In this document: piece by piece, positions 23,501-33,164 of the stretch
How the letters are laid out: every line of letters starts with the position of its first letter
Position numbering within the stretch: position 1 is the stretch's first letter
Assembly (NCBI GenBank): GCA_043228905.1
Contig: JBHGNT010000021.1
Span: 11,780,001-11,844,000 of the forward strand
Direction of reading: 5' to 3'
Source: Azolla caroliniana
Taxonomy: Eukaryota > Plantae > Polypodiophyta
DNA: 64,000 nucleotides
Position numbers and translations under genes: made by a program
The notes under the pieces: generated by a model
Database searches by the model: none
What the model was told of the DNA's origin: nothing
Seen by the model: only the letters and a program-made list of their open reading frames with translations

Positions 23501-26022
23501 TAGTAGTCGTTCCGAAAAAGAATGGGAAAATTCGTGTATGTGTGGATTATAGAAAATTGAATGCAGCGACAATTACGGATGCGTTTCCATTGCCATTCAC
23601 AGATGGGATATTAGATGCAGTAGCGGGACATGAAATTTATAGTTTCTTGGATGGGTTCAGTGGGTACAACCAGGTACGGATGAATCCGGAAGATCAGGAA
23701 AAGACAGCTTTCGTCACAGAATGGGGTGTCTTTGTGGCAGTAGTCATGATGTTCGGTTTAAAAACAGCTCCAGCTACATTTCAGCGGGTAATACAGGAAA
23801 TATTCGGGGAATATATTCCAGCTTTCATGCAGGTGTTTTTAGATGATTTTGCAGTATATAGTCGGAAAGCGGATCATTTTGAGCATTTACGGCTATGTTT
23901 AGAAAAATGTCGAAAAGGACGTCTTAGTTTAAATCCAGCCAAATGCGCATTCGGGGTAATGAGTGGTACATTACTTGGGCATATTGTCAGTCAAGAAGGG
24001 ATTGCAGTGGACCCAGATAAAGTTAAAGCAATTATTGAGGCAACACCACCAACAAATGCTAAAGCTCTAAGTAGATTTTTGGGTCAAATTCGGTGGCACA
24101 GTAGAATGATGAGATATCTAGCAGACATTGCTATTCCGTTACACACGGCAGTACACAAAGTTCCTTTTATATGGACAAGTATAGAACAAGATGCGTACGA
24201 ATGTCTCAAGAAGATGCTGACGAACGTACCGGTAGTTCAACCACCGGACTGGAACAAACCATTTCATGTTTTCGTCGATGCGTCGGACATTGCCATAGGC
24301 AGTGCTTTAATGCAATTATCCAAACCAAACTGGTATAGGCCGGTATACTATGCCAGTAGGAAACTTTCGTCGGCCGAAAGAAACTATTCAACAACCGAAA
24401 GAGAAGCTTTGGGAATGATATATAGTGTGAACAAATTTCGACATTACCTTTTGGGTAAGAAATTTACATTTCATGTGGATCATTCGGCTTTACTGTATCT
24501 AGTTTCCAAACAAGAATTGACAGGCAAGTTGGCCCGATGGACATTATTGCTTCAAGAGTTTGAGTTTGACATTATACATCGACCAGGAGCACAACACGCG
24601 ATTGCTGACTATCTCAGTCGGCTTGAGTCTGGAGAAGAAGCGGTTGGGGTTAAAGATGATTTTCCAGATACTCAATTATTTCGGGTGGAGGCCGTAAAAG
24701 CACATGAAGTGAATGAGGAAAAAGAGGATGAATGGATTTCCGAAATGACGATATTTCTATCAACAGGAATTCCGGCCGAACACATGACGACAGATGAAAG
24801 AAAAAGAATTGCAGTACGAAGTCGGAATTTTTGTTTATTTAATGACATGTTGTATCATAAAGGAGCGGATGGAATATGGCGAAGGGCAGTACGAAAATTT
24901 GAAAAATCAGCCATATTAACAGAGTCACATTGTGGAATTGCTGGCGGTCATTACGCAGGAGAAGCAACAGCCAGAAAAATATGGAATAGCGGGTTATGGT
25001 GGCCAACGGTGATGAAAGATGCTAACGAATACTGTAAGAAATGCGATTTGTGTCAAAGAATGGGGCAACCAACCGAAAAGGATCGAATGCCTTTTCAACC
25101 GGTTTTACCTCTTGAGCCATTTCAGAAATGGGGCTTAGATTTTGTTGGCCCATTCAAACCAGCAGCTGCAAGAACCGGTAATCGATATATCATAATTGCG
25201 ACTGACTATTGCACAAAATGGGTTGAAGCAAAAGCTCTCAGGGACAATACGGCAGCATCCACAGCAAAATTCCTGTATGAGTATATATGGTGTCGATTCG
25301 GTTGCCCAATAGAATTGGTAAGCGATCAAGGCACTCATTTTATTAACAAGTTAATTAACGAATTAACCAATTACTATGCCGTAGTTCATAAGAAAAGTAC
25401 GCCGTACTATCCCCAAGCTAACGGATTGGCAGAATCGACAAATAAAACAATTCAAACAATTTTAAAGAAGATAGTAAATGAAAATCGTACTGATTGGGAT
25501 CAAAAGTTAAATAGTGCATTATGGGCATATCGTACTTCGTACAAAACATCCATTAAATCAACACCTTTCCGAATGGCATTCGGACTCGAAGCCGTTATGC
25601 CAATCGAATTTCAAATTCCGACACTTCGTATCCAAGCAACGAATAAGTTAAATGAAATAGAATCGGAGCAGATACGCAAAGAGGCTTTATTAGTATTAGA
25701 AGAAGAAAGGATTCAATCAATGTCAGCACTAGAACACAAGCAGAGACAAATCAAGGCATTCGTAAACCGACATCGAAGGAAATCGGAAGTGCAATTCGAA
25801 ATTGGGAAACCGGTATTGGTATTCCAGACGAGAATGGGACTTATGCCTGGGAAACTCCGGTATAGATGGACAGGTCCAGTATGGATAATTAATAGTAAAA
25901 ATGGCACGTACCAACTGGGATCATTAACCGGAGAGGTTTTACCGAAATGGGTAAATGGATTTCGGCTTAAACCGTATTTGGGAGATATGCCGGTAAATCC
26001 GTTTATTCAAACGGAAGAGTAA
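20530..26022 (+). CDS. Gag-Pol polyprotein (1830 aa): capsid, three CCHC knuckles, Q/N-rich region, protease, RT, RNase H, integrase
   Basis: IIDGGSG and LLGRPWL (protease); VCVDYRKLN and FLDDF (RT); FVDASD and EREAL (RNase H); HCGIAGGH..CDLC, GLDFVGP, SDQG and GLAE (integrase). Confidence 0.97.
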   Translation: MSYEEEAPVSCKRPRTRSVTKVVQQAFITQEQPESSTKWSKLPDLSDQLPSDEKQTEEVSFYDIWDDMPYTYSKFREGTDAEAHVRDFLTTWEINHGAQRLSADAEDKSKIAEFVLSLDGYSANWFAQNGLQGFPSFEVLTSKFLQLFHQQIPQKDLIAQFYALYQEKNETVSQFVIRFQNLQLQISRPIPDKELKEVFLEAVKEPLRTTLKVFDFRNQTIEQVIDKAIEMGRPPVNVQSMDMSALHRTLPTMEELQFRQAVQCTTCLNTGHSAIDCTLRTHCTICHSKLHSVEQCEYNLLNKTTASVRQIFADNGYQNNTNLFNGYQNNNFSQNQQNVQQNPVLQPNQIFSQQNLQPTQVTQAFQPGFAQSNPPFVQNPNQYFQQNNQSFQQGNPPFQGFQQNCPNVQPNSTFQPNPAFQPGNMTFQHNTQTVPQNNQMFQQSNFSPNQEFGIPHNIAQPNDNTEQFRPNRYKNKRFYKPKATRQYQQNSNGNEEQQFNNGQFAHGETSATFVPTCYICRQLGHYANQCPVKGKGPAVNMVIPEVQQVTTRSKSKQSEWEIQEEVRKAAKEWVDEANQSNVNRMLQDNNIDQDIAVQQSLENKEQEETWKLLADCQVSLPLKGLLKLVPRFTEKVAALITYKGSEQIAVHYNQPSNNPSIMDEQNPSIKVILYGQEIGNVIIDGGSGVNVINKTTCEKLGITEWEACPFWLRMADTSTVRPIGLLRQLDVIIGGHSFQISAVILQLETQGAYPLLLGRPWLKTANIKQNWKQNVLTFRKGKNKVRIPTHNKVTTSKQSLPVYAEAVNMMEGLDEEEESQYFDDNQKIIPLFEVDILQALTPYVDSHEEVPIDEQTIKEIRMQQEATDKELQVSQRVQASALEEINLAGVEDAERKTILIARDLMENDKRTLTTLLLQYKDVFAWSFDDMKGLDPAFCQHQINLHKDAKPVQQRRYRLNPNYAIKVKEEIDKLLKVGFIRPVKKSTWLSPIVVVPKKNGKIRVCVDYRKLNAATITDAFPLPFTDGILDAVAGHEIYSFLDGFSGYNQVRMNPEDQEKTAFVTEWGVFVAVVMMFGLKTAPATFQRVIQEIFGEYIPAFMQVFLDDFAVYSRKADHFEHLRLCLEKCRKGRLSLNPAKCAFGVMSGTLLGHIVSQEGIAVDPDKVKAIIEATPPTNAKALSRFLGQIRWHSRMMRYLADIAIPLHTAVHKVPFIWTSIEQDAYECLKKMLTNVPVVQPPDWNKPFHVFVDASDIAIGSALMQLSKPNWYRPVYYASRKLSSAERNYSTTEREALGMIYSVNKFRHYLLGKKFTFHVDHSALLYLVSKQELTGKLARWTLLLQEFEFDIIHRPGAQHAIADYLSRLESGEEAVGVKDDFPDTQLFRVEAVKAHEVNEEKEDEWISEMTIFLSTGIPAEHMTTDERKRIAVRSRNFCLFNDMLYHKGADGIWRRAVRKFEKSAILTESHCGIAGGHYAGEATARKIWNSGLWWPTVMKDANEYCKKCDLCQRMGQPTEKDRMPFQPVLPLEPFQKWGLDFVGPFKPAAARTGNRYIIIATDYCTKWVEAKALRDNTAASTAKFLYEYIWCRFGCPIELVSDQGTHFINKLINELTNYYAVVHKKSTPYYPQANGLAESTNKTIQTILKKIVNENRTDWDQKLNSALWAYRTSYKTSIKSTPFRMAFGLEAVMPIEFQIPTLRIQATNKLNEIESEQIRKEALLVLEEERIQSMSALEHKQRQIKAFVNRHRRKSEVQFEIGKPVLVFQTRMGLMPGKLRYRWTGPVWIINSKNGTYQLGSLTGEVLPKWVNGFRLKPYLGDMPVNPFIQTEE

Positions 26023-26057
26023 AAAAAAAAAAAAAAATAAAAAAAAAAAAAAAAAAA
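26022..26057 (+). repeat. Poly(A) tract directly after the pol stop codon
   Basis: About 36 nt of A with one T. Confidence 0.9.
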
Positions 26058-26232
26058 CTAACTAACTCACTCAATAGTTCTTGTCAAAATACAATCTTGC
26101 CATAAACAGTATGAATCGACTATAAATAGAAAGAGGAATTGCATGATTATTAGTAACAAGTACAACCACTACACGAAGAGTGAATACTAATTAATTTCTA
26201 CATTAATAGTAATTACTATTCTTTAAGTCATC

Positions 26233-28860
26233 ATGCATAAATTAATATCTTTAAAACATATTTCTGTATCGTCTGTATCGCCAAAACAACGGAAACGAGT
26301 ACAGATATCGAAACAGTCTGAGCCTCCTTCGTGCCCTGGATCGCCCAAACTCTGTTTTTCTGATTTTCATCGCTACAGAAACTGTGCAGATCTGCAACTG
26401 TCATCGACAAGTGATTCAGAACAAGGAAACACAGAAGTCATGCCGATTCCTGTATCTGAAGAACTGCGATTGTGGCTTCATGAGAGAAACTTACAAGGTT
26501 TCATCAAAATAGCAGAAGCGGAACCTCATCCGCAGGCGGAAGAATTGGTACAACAAATAGACATCACCAAAATCACAACAAAGAAAATACGAAATGCATT
26601 ACAGATGCCAAGAGGAGGTTTTGAGGCAGTTAAAAAACCTTCATCAGAAGCACTCCAATCGTATTTCGGGGAATACTCACCCTCGGCAAAAGCATATCAG
26701 ACTTATGGAGGTCGGGATGAGTTTTTTCATGAAGTGGCGAGGTTTTTACTAGAGGTGGGATTTGTCAGTCCTCGTTTTTATTGTATGCCGAAAAAAAGGG
26801 TTGGGTTTATTATAGCCGCATATGAAAAAGAGGATTTCAACTGGCCACTATTGTCGGGGGAAGCTCTGAGAGAGCAGCTACAAGGGGTAAAAACAGGAAA
26901 ACCGATGAAGCAAATTTTTGGCCGTTGGTTATCAGTATTGTTTCCGATTCAAGAATCGGAAACTCCTGTTCAGTTAAGAAGACCACCGATAATACAAGCA
27001 CCACGAAGACACCGACAGCTAGTACATGAAGAATGGATAGAAGAAGAATCGGCACATGCCGATAATATACAAACAAATATGTCTCAGTCGGAACCACCTA
27101 GACCAGAGTATTCCGAAAACAGACAACCAGAAACAGTTGACAATTTGAGAAACAAGCAACAGCCAACAGAAAATCGACAAAGAACAAGGATTAAACAAAA
27201 GGCTAATCGGCAATTCCAACCAGAAAACAGCGAGGGATCAGCACCAAAAAGGCAACGCACAAATGAAAACTCGAATACGCCTGTGGTAACAGAAGTACTA
27301 AAACCAGGAGATGAGAGCATTTCGACACAACCTCACCAAGGACAATCTTCAAAAGTAGCCATTCGGGAAGCACATGGATACTTGGATATCCCACCAGCAG
27401 CACATGAATTAGCGGCCATTTTGCAGTTCGGAACTTCATACGAACTGGTTGAATGGTTGGCTAAAAGACTGACAGAAGTATCAGAACGGCTGGCTCAAGA
27501 ACATAATGACCGAATAATGATACAGAAAGCTTTACGAGGAGTGTTGGAACCTCAAGAAAAAGCAGAGATAGAGAAAATAGGCCGGAAAAGAAGTGCACAG
27601 CATAGAGGGGAGGCTATTGAAATGCCACCATTACATGAAGCACTGGTCGAAATTCATAAAGAATATGAAACGGCACGCAAAGCAGCCAGTGATATGGCTG
27701 AAAGATACAAAAGTGTATCAGCATCGGCGGAGGTGCTGAAACATCAGTTTTGTAACATACAAGCAGAAAATAAAGAACTAAAGGAAAGTCTAAACAAATG
27801 GGAAACACAGGCACGGCTTATGGTGTCGGAATCAGAATGGCAACAGAAATTAGAGGATACTGAGAAAGCACGACAAGCAGAAACAACAAGGGCTAACAAT
27901 GCAGTATTTCGAACTATAGAATTAGAAAAACAAATAGAAACCATTCAGAATGGTCAATACAAAGCTCTCGAAGAAAAAAATCAAGTAATAAACGAATTAC
28001 AGAAAAATCTAGAAGAAGCTAAGACGGCCAATCATACATATACCGAACAAATTGAAGAATTCGAAAGGTATATAGTGTCACAGGAAAGTCAATTGACAGA
28101 AAAACAGCAGAGTCTTGAAGAAGTCAACAGAAGAATGACGGAACAACAGGAGGAATGGAGTAGAGAGAAATCGGCATTCGAACAACAACTGGACGAAATT
28201 CGGAAGATAGCGGAACAAAGACGGCTGGATATATATGTAGTCGAATCCAAATTAATGAGAGCTGAAAGTGAGAACCGAACCACTATTACGGATTTACAGA
28301 AAGAGTTGCAAACCGCCCAGTACGTCGCAAGCATCACTAGGGACAAAGTGCAGCACATCATAGGTAAACATCGAAACCTAGCAAAGAAACTGATCGATGA
28401 ATCCCTTGCGCAAGGATGGAAGTTATGGACAGCACAAGCGGCGGAATTACAGATATTGCGTGCCGACAAAACTAACCGTCAGGTACAAGGTGCAGGTTTT
28501 TTTAAAATGGCACAAAAGGATATTGACAATATCCAAGAGGATATCATGAAAGATATGGATGAAATTGCGGCATTTTACAGAGAAGAAATTCAACGTATTA
28601 TGCAAGAATTCGACAAAAATGATATAGGCACTTCCGTCCAGTTGGATAAAATTGAAGCCGAAAGAACCAGCAAGACTCCTGGTATTCAAGCTGCCGGAAG
28701 AAGTGAACCAGAGCAGCCAACCGAATCACAACCTGCTCCGAAGGAGGACTGTGACACAGACGAAGATGAAGAAGAAGATATAGGTGGAATACATCCAAGG
28801 CCAGATGAACCTTCGATTTTTGATATTCTGAACGATTCGGATGAAGAGCTACAGGAATAG
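26233..28860 (+). CDS. Retrotransposon extra 3' ORF (875 aa): globular N-terminal part, disordered linker, long coiled coil, acidic tail
   Basis: Long uninterrupted sense ORF between pol and the 3' LTR, the position of Athila-type extra ORFs; decayed homologue in B1. The true start may be 26440 (MPIPV). Confidence 0.88.
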   Translation: MHKLISLKHISVSSVSPKQRKRVQISKQSEPPSCPGSPKLCFSDFHRYRNCADLQLSSTSDSEQGNTEVMPIPVSEELRLWLHERNLQGFIKIAEAEPHPQAEELVQQIDITKITTKKIRNALQMPRGGFEAVKKPSSEALQSYFGEYSPSAKAYQTYGGRDEFFHEVARFLLEVGFVSPRFYCMPKKRVGFIIAAYEKEDFNWPLLSGEALREQLQGVKTGKPMKQIFGRWLSVLFPIQESETPVQLRRPPIIQAPRRHRQLVHEEWIEEESAHADNIQTNMSQSEPPRPEYSENRQPETVDNLRNKQQPTENRQRTRIKQKANRQFQPENSEGSAPKRQRTNENSNTPVVTEVLKPGDESISTQPHQGQSSKVAIREAHGYLDIPPAAHELAAILQFGTSYELVEWLAKRLTEVSERLAQEHNDRIMIQKALRGVLEPQEKAEIEKIGRKRSAQHRGEAIEMPPLHEALVEIHKEYETARKAASDMAERYKSVSASAEVLKHQFCNIQAENKELKESLNKWETQARLMVSESEWQQKLEDTEKARQAETTRANNAVFRTIELEKQIETIQNGQYKALEEKNQVINELQKNLEEAKTANHTYTEQIEEFERYIVSQESQLTEKQQSLEEVNRRMTEQQEEWSREKSAFEQQLDEIRKIAEQRRLDIYVVESKLMRAESENRTTITDLQKELQTAQYVASITRDKVQHIIGKHRNLAKKLIDESLAQGWKLWTAQAAELQILRADKTNRQVQGAGFFKMAQKDIDNIQEDIMKDMDEIAAFYREEIQRIMQEFDKNDIGTSVQLDKIEAERTSKTPGIQAAGRSEPEQPTESQPAPKEDCDTDEDEEEDIGGIHPRPDEPSIFDILNDSDEELQE

Positions 28861-28862
28861 GC

Positions 28863-28904
28863 GTGGGTTCGCCGGACAAGGTCCTGGCCCACGTGCGTGC
28901 CAAG
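28863..28904 (+). other. Conserved bulged stem-loop with tRNA-like CCA end replacing the PPT of B3
   Basis: GTGGG-TTCG-CCGGAC AAG GTCCTGG-CCCAC-GTGCGTG-CCA-AG, then the LTR. No purine run; covaries with 7524-7565. Confidence 0.75.
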
Positions 28905-29360
28905 TGTTACCCGGACCCGGACAGTCAGTTTTACCGAACAGGTGGGAAAGCGTCGAAAAACAGAGTCGGTTCGGATCGACTGTTCGGATCAATGACTCAG
29001 CAGTAAAACGAAGAGAACTAAGTTAGTTAGATAATTTTGTAAATCTTGTTAGAGAGTAGGAATAGTTCTTGATGAGAAAAGACCTTCGGTATACCTATAA
29101 AAGGGAACCAAAGGCATTGTAAGAGAGGTCGTTTTATTTAGTAATATAAGTTTAAGTTAGGAATATCTGGTACGAATTCTGTGTGTCTCTGTTGTCTATG
29201 ATCTTAAGTGCAAGCTTCCTAATTTATAGCTAAATAACGATCACGATAATTACCGATTAATATAGCAATTCCGTTCGTAAAACACAATTCCTTGTTAGAA
29301 CGTTGAGTAGCGACGTTCACTCTTCTGTATCGGTAGTAGTTAGTAATTAGCCGATTAACA
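28905..29360 (+). repeat. 3' LTR of B3
   Basis: Direct repeat of 20015-20470. Confidence 0.97.
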
Positions 29361-31356
29361 CCTGTTCGCCTCGACCTCCAATCATGCCGACTTAGCCTTC
29401 GCCCGGATCGGTCTTGGCCGATCGAGTTCCGGTTTGGTCGGCTCCCTTTCGTAATTGTAACCGGCCGGTACATGTTTGTCCGCACAAATCCGGCCTTGCC
29501 GACTCTTCTTCGGTTCGGGCCCGGTTGACTGGACCCCGCTCCAATCTTCTTCCACCTCGTCTTCCAGTCGTGTCGGATTATCGACCGGTTCATTTTCCAG
29601 TTGGGTCGGTTCCCAACTCTCTCCTCCTTGTCGTTCCCGACCTCTCCGTCGGTCCTCTTGTATATCCCCGTTACGGGCCTCGCACCCTCATCTTCGCACG
29701 TGTTCGCTTCGGGCCATGCCTCCTCACGGCCACCGTCCTTCTCTCCAGTCTTATGTTGGCATTCGAGCGCAACCGCCGTAGTCTCCGGCTCCGATGTGGG
29801 TAAGGACCCGGCACCGCCGCTCGTTGTGTCCGTAGCTGCTTCCGTTCGGACGTCGTTGTCTGCGGCTAACCTGCCTCCGATTATGCAAGCCTCAATTATG
29901 CTTGCCGCCTCCCCTTCGTCATCGTTTCTGCCAATCGCCTTCCCACTTGATGTTTTGGGCCGCTGTGTCCCGAATCCGTAGTTACCGGCCTCCATGGCCG
30001 TCCCTTCACCGCAAGGCAAGAGGGTCGCTTGCTCCGCACCCTCTCCCATGTTGTCGTCGTACGCTCTTTCAGCCTCCGTATAGGCCCCCGTCTTCTACGT
30101 CTAGGGAGGCTTCTTCGTCCGCATCCTCCGATCGCCTCCGGCCCGACTCCATAACAAGCCCTTCTTCGGCTCCGATTTTCGCCTTCACAAGCTCGCATGC
30201 CTCCCGTATTAGCACCTCTAGGTCGAGCTCCTCCGAACCGTTTTGCGTTGAGCTCTCTTCTGGTGGTAGTGCGTACTCACTCGCCGTTCTCTCTTCTCCG
30301 CCGCTCGCGGGCCGTGTTGTGGCCGACCGCCTCGCATCATGTTGCCGGCACACCCACCGATCGAACTCATGTCGACCTCTTCCTTCCGGTTCCGTGTACC
30401 CATACGCCTCCAATAGGGCTCCCTCAAAGGACACCCACGACTCATGAGCTTCTCGTAGCTCCTTGACCTCCTTGTGCACTGATACGGCCGCCACTCAAGG
30501 AAAATACTCTAGATGCATCGCCTCGTCTACACCCCCTTTCTCCATCTCGGCCTTGTAGGCTCCCAAAATTTTTAGGACCTCATTCCCATTGAACCGTCCG
30601 ACTCGATCGACCACCCTTTCGACGGCTTGTTGAGCCGCATCTCGCTTCACCATCTTCCGTCCGGCTTCCATCACGATCTTTTCCATCATCTCCTCAAAGT
30701 CGAAGTCTTCTTCCATCTCCATGCTCCCTTGCCGCCCTTCACGTCGGGTTCACCAAAGATATCGCATTGTTACGCACGTGCGTGTAGAAGGGGCGGGACC
30801 ACGGGGGTCTTGGACTAGGGAGTGGAGGAGAAAGAATAGGACATGATATGGAGGCTTAGCTCAAGAGGAGAAGAGGAAAGAATAAGACCACGACATAGAA
30901 GGAGAGATCGGCGGAGGCAAGATGTTCAACAAGTTATATTAAAACAACGAATGGTTACAACAATGGTGGCCGCCATGGCCGCACCAAACGACAATATCAA
31001 AGAAAAACCCTAAAGGAAAACCCAATAAGAAAACCCTAACCAAAACCCTAAAACCGAATAGGAGACCCTCGACCTAAGTGGTATGCCTCTCTCCCTCAAA
31101 ATAGGCAACCCCTCATAAGTGACCCCTGCCTTCCTTTTATAGCCCAAGGAGGGAGGGACCTTACAATGTGGGATAGAATATTTTTCTCTTATTTCTATGC
31201 ACCATTTCCTAGTATACATGTGCACATGGTGCACACCACCGATTTGCCTATTCCACCCCGGTTTCCGCCTATGGACGAAAATCTTCACGACAACGAGCTG
31301 AAGGAAGGAGTCGGACTGAACCGAAAGGTATCTGGTGTGAACCGGATCCAGGGACA

Positions 31357-31756
31357 TATCTGCAAATATGTTTCTGGTGTGCCTGGGAAGGCTATATTTG
31401 TAAATAGTCTTAAAGTCATATAAGTATAAATATGACTTAGGGCAATCACTTCATGATGTTGTTGTTGTTCGTTCTATCATTGTTGTACAATGAGAGAGAT
31501 ACAAAACGAGTTTCTGTTGTAACCGCCGGTTGGCGAAGACATAGAGCTTGTGGTAGTTGCCTTTGAGTCTCCTGTTGTACCTTCTTTCTCATATAGTGAT
31601 AGTTGGAGTCTGTGGGCTCCCGTGGTTTTTCCCTACTAGGGTTTTCCATGTAAATATCCTGTGTCATCTCTTTTGTGTAAGTGTATGAACCTCCATTTCT
31701 GTTTTGTTCTTTCAAAAAGTGTTTGAGTTTCGGTTGTGGTCGAGTGTTATTCCACA
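31357..31756 (+). repeat. Copia-type LTR remnant
   Basis: CCCGTGGTTTTTCC..GGGTTTTCCATGTAAA block typical of Copia LTR U5; a related inverted copy lies at 31911-32341. Confidence 0.55.
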
Positions 31757-31910
31757 TAAATTATGAGGTACTATATGTATTTAAATGTTAAATACAGGTA
31801 CGTAAACAACCACGATCTCAACATGGCTAGGTTGATCCGGCTCTCTCAGGTCTCGACTATCTTGAACCATGTAAGGATCGGAACCGGCCACAACCGGTTT
31901 CTCTTATACG

Positions 31911-32341
31911 TGTTCAGGTGCAAAGAAAACGAGTGAGTTAATGCACAAACAAGAAAAAGAGAATACGAAGAACTCAAAAACAAGACACATATATTTTACA
32001 TGGAAAACCCGAAAAGAAAAAAACCACGGGGGTCCATAAACCCCGAGAAACAGAATCATTATAATCGAGCGGAAATACAACAGTGAGAATCTCAAGGCAA
32101 TGACCTATGAGTTCTCCTTCGTCAGATTGATGGCAACAAAGTTACTCACGCTCTTACACACTCTCTCTCTCTCCGTTTCAATTATAGAGGCAACTACCTT
32201 CAGTAACTATACAATATTTGATCAACTACATAACATAATGATTGCCCTAGATGTATATATACTAATACAACATTCAGAGCTATTTACAAATATGGCCCAC
32301 TAAGGGCACATTCTGATTATTTGCAAATATAGTCTCCCGAA
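31911..32341 (-). repeat. Copia-type LTR remnant (inverted, diverged relative of 31357-31756)
   Basis: TTTACATGGAAAACCC..AAAAACCACGGG and TATTTACAAATAT..TTTGCAAATA blocks are reverse complements of blocks in the left copy. Confidence 0.55.
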
Positions 32342-33164
32342 TCAACTATATAATCAATTTTCGATTTCGATTTTCCCATTGGTTCCATATGATTTCGCAT
32401 GTACTCTTCCCATCCGGTGGGATCTATCGTCCCAACACTTTGAAGTTGGTGATTTGGTTTGGCTTGTATGCCGAAATATTGCCACCACTTGCTCTTGCAC
32501 AAAGTTGGACTACAAGAAGTCGGGACCTTTCCTTGAATCATCGAGAAAATCAATCTAATTGTTTTTCGCTTAGAACCACTATTACATTTTAGTATTCTTA
32601 ATGTCTTTTATGTATCCCTTCTTGAATCTCAACATCTATCTGAACTTTTGAAAGCTATCCTTCTCCTCCCCCACTAATCAAATTGTCGACAAGGGAGAAG
32701 AATGAGGTCAACAAGATACTCAACTCTCTCCTCTTTCATCGACAACTTTAATACCCTAATTGTTAAGAGTCTATTACTAATCAATAGACCAAAATAAAGT
32801 AAAAGAAGGAAAATAGATTGGATAGAAGAACCCGTTCCACCCGACCACCCCCAAGCTATGATCTAGACATAGCCAACCTACCACTGACGTCCCATACCAT
32901 TGGATATTAGGATGACTAATACCTTGGAAGAGATTACACGATCGTTGAGACGAAATCGTGGCCCGCACCACCGGTGTCGCGAAAATACGACAAAGACACA
33001 TGAACTTGAGGTAGGACCCCGGGGCCTCCGACCAGAGGATATCATATTCGTGCATTTATACTTTTAAGAATTAACGGAAATCACAATGTTTGACAAATTT
33101 CATTAAGAAAGGAAAAGAAAAATTACAATCTATCCCAAGATTAGGATTACAGAAGTTTAGGTTT

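Larger units (their letters stand above)
20015..29360 (+). mobile_element. Intact family B Ty3/Gypsy non-chromovirus element B3 (9346 bp), 5-bp TSD CCTGT
   Basis: 456-bp LTRs identical by eye; CCTGT at 20010-20014 and 29361-29365; uninterrupted gag-pol and second ORF. Confidence 0.98.
18207..31292 (-). mobile_element. Non-autonomous family A element A3 (LTRs 18207-18734 and 30760-31292), TSD ACGA, hosting B3
   Basis: Paired ~530-bp LTRs; ACGA at 18203-18206 and 31293-31296; tRNA-Trp PBS at 30738-30755; PPT at 18735-18746; gag N-terminal remnant at 30069-30722; no pol. Confidence 0.9.
16615..31356 (-). mobile_element. Family B copy B2, 5' part (gag plus 5' LTR at 17855-18206 and 31297-31356), split by A3
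   Basis: Gag homologous to the B3 Gag ([20 protein letters not shown]); PBS TGGCGACCACG at 17837-17847; LTR starts TGTCCCTGGATCCGG versus TGTTACCCGGACCCGG in B3. Confidence 0.82.

Noticed and set aside
26233-28860. True retroviral envelope gene
   Set aside because: No evident signal peptide or transmembrane helix; the protein is dominated by coiled coil.
28820-28904. Complete tRNA gene or tRNA-derived SINE before the B3 LTR
   Set aside because: No A-box/D-arm, anticodon arm or 5' acceptor strand upstream; only a T-arm/3'-end resemblance.
31357-32341. MITE or DNA transposon with long terminal inverted repeats
   Set aside because: The inverted similarity is patchy, both arms look like diverged Copia LTRs, and no TSD or transposase was seen.
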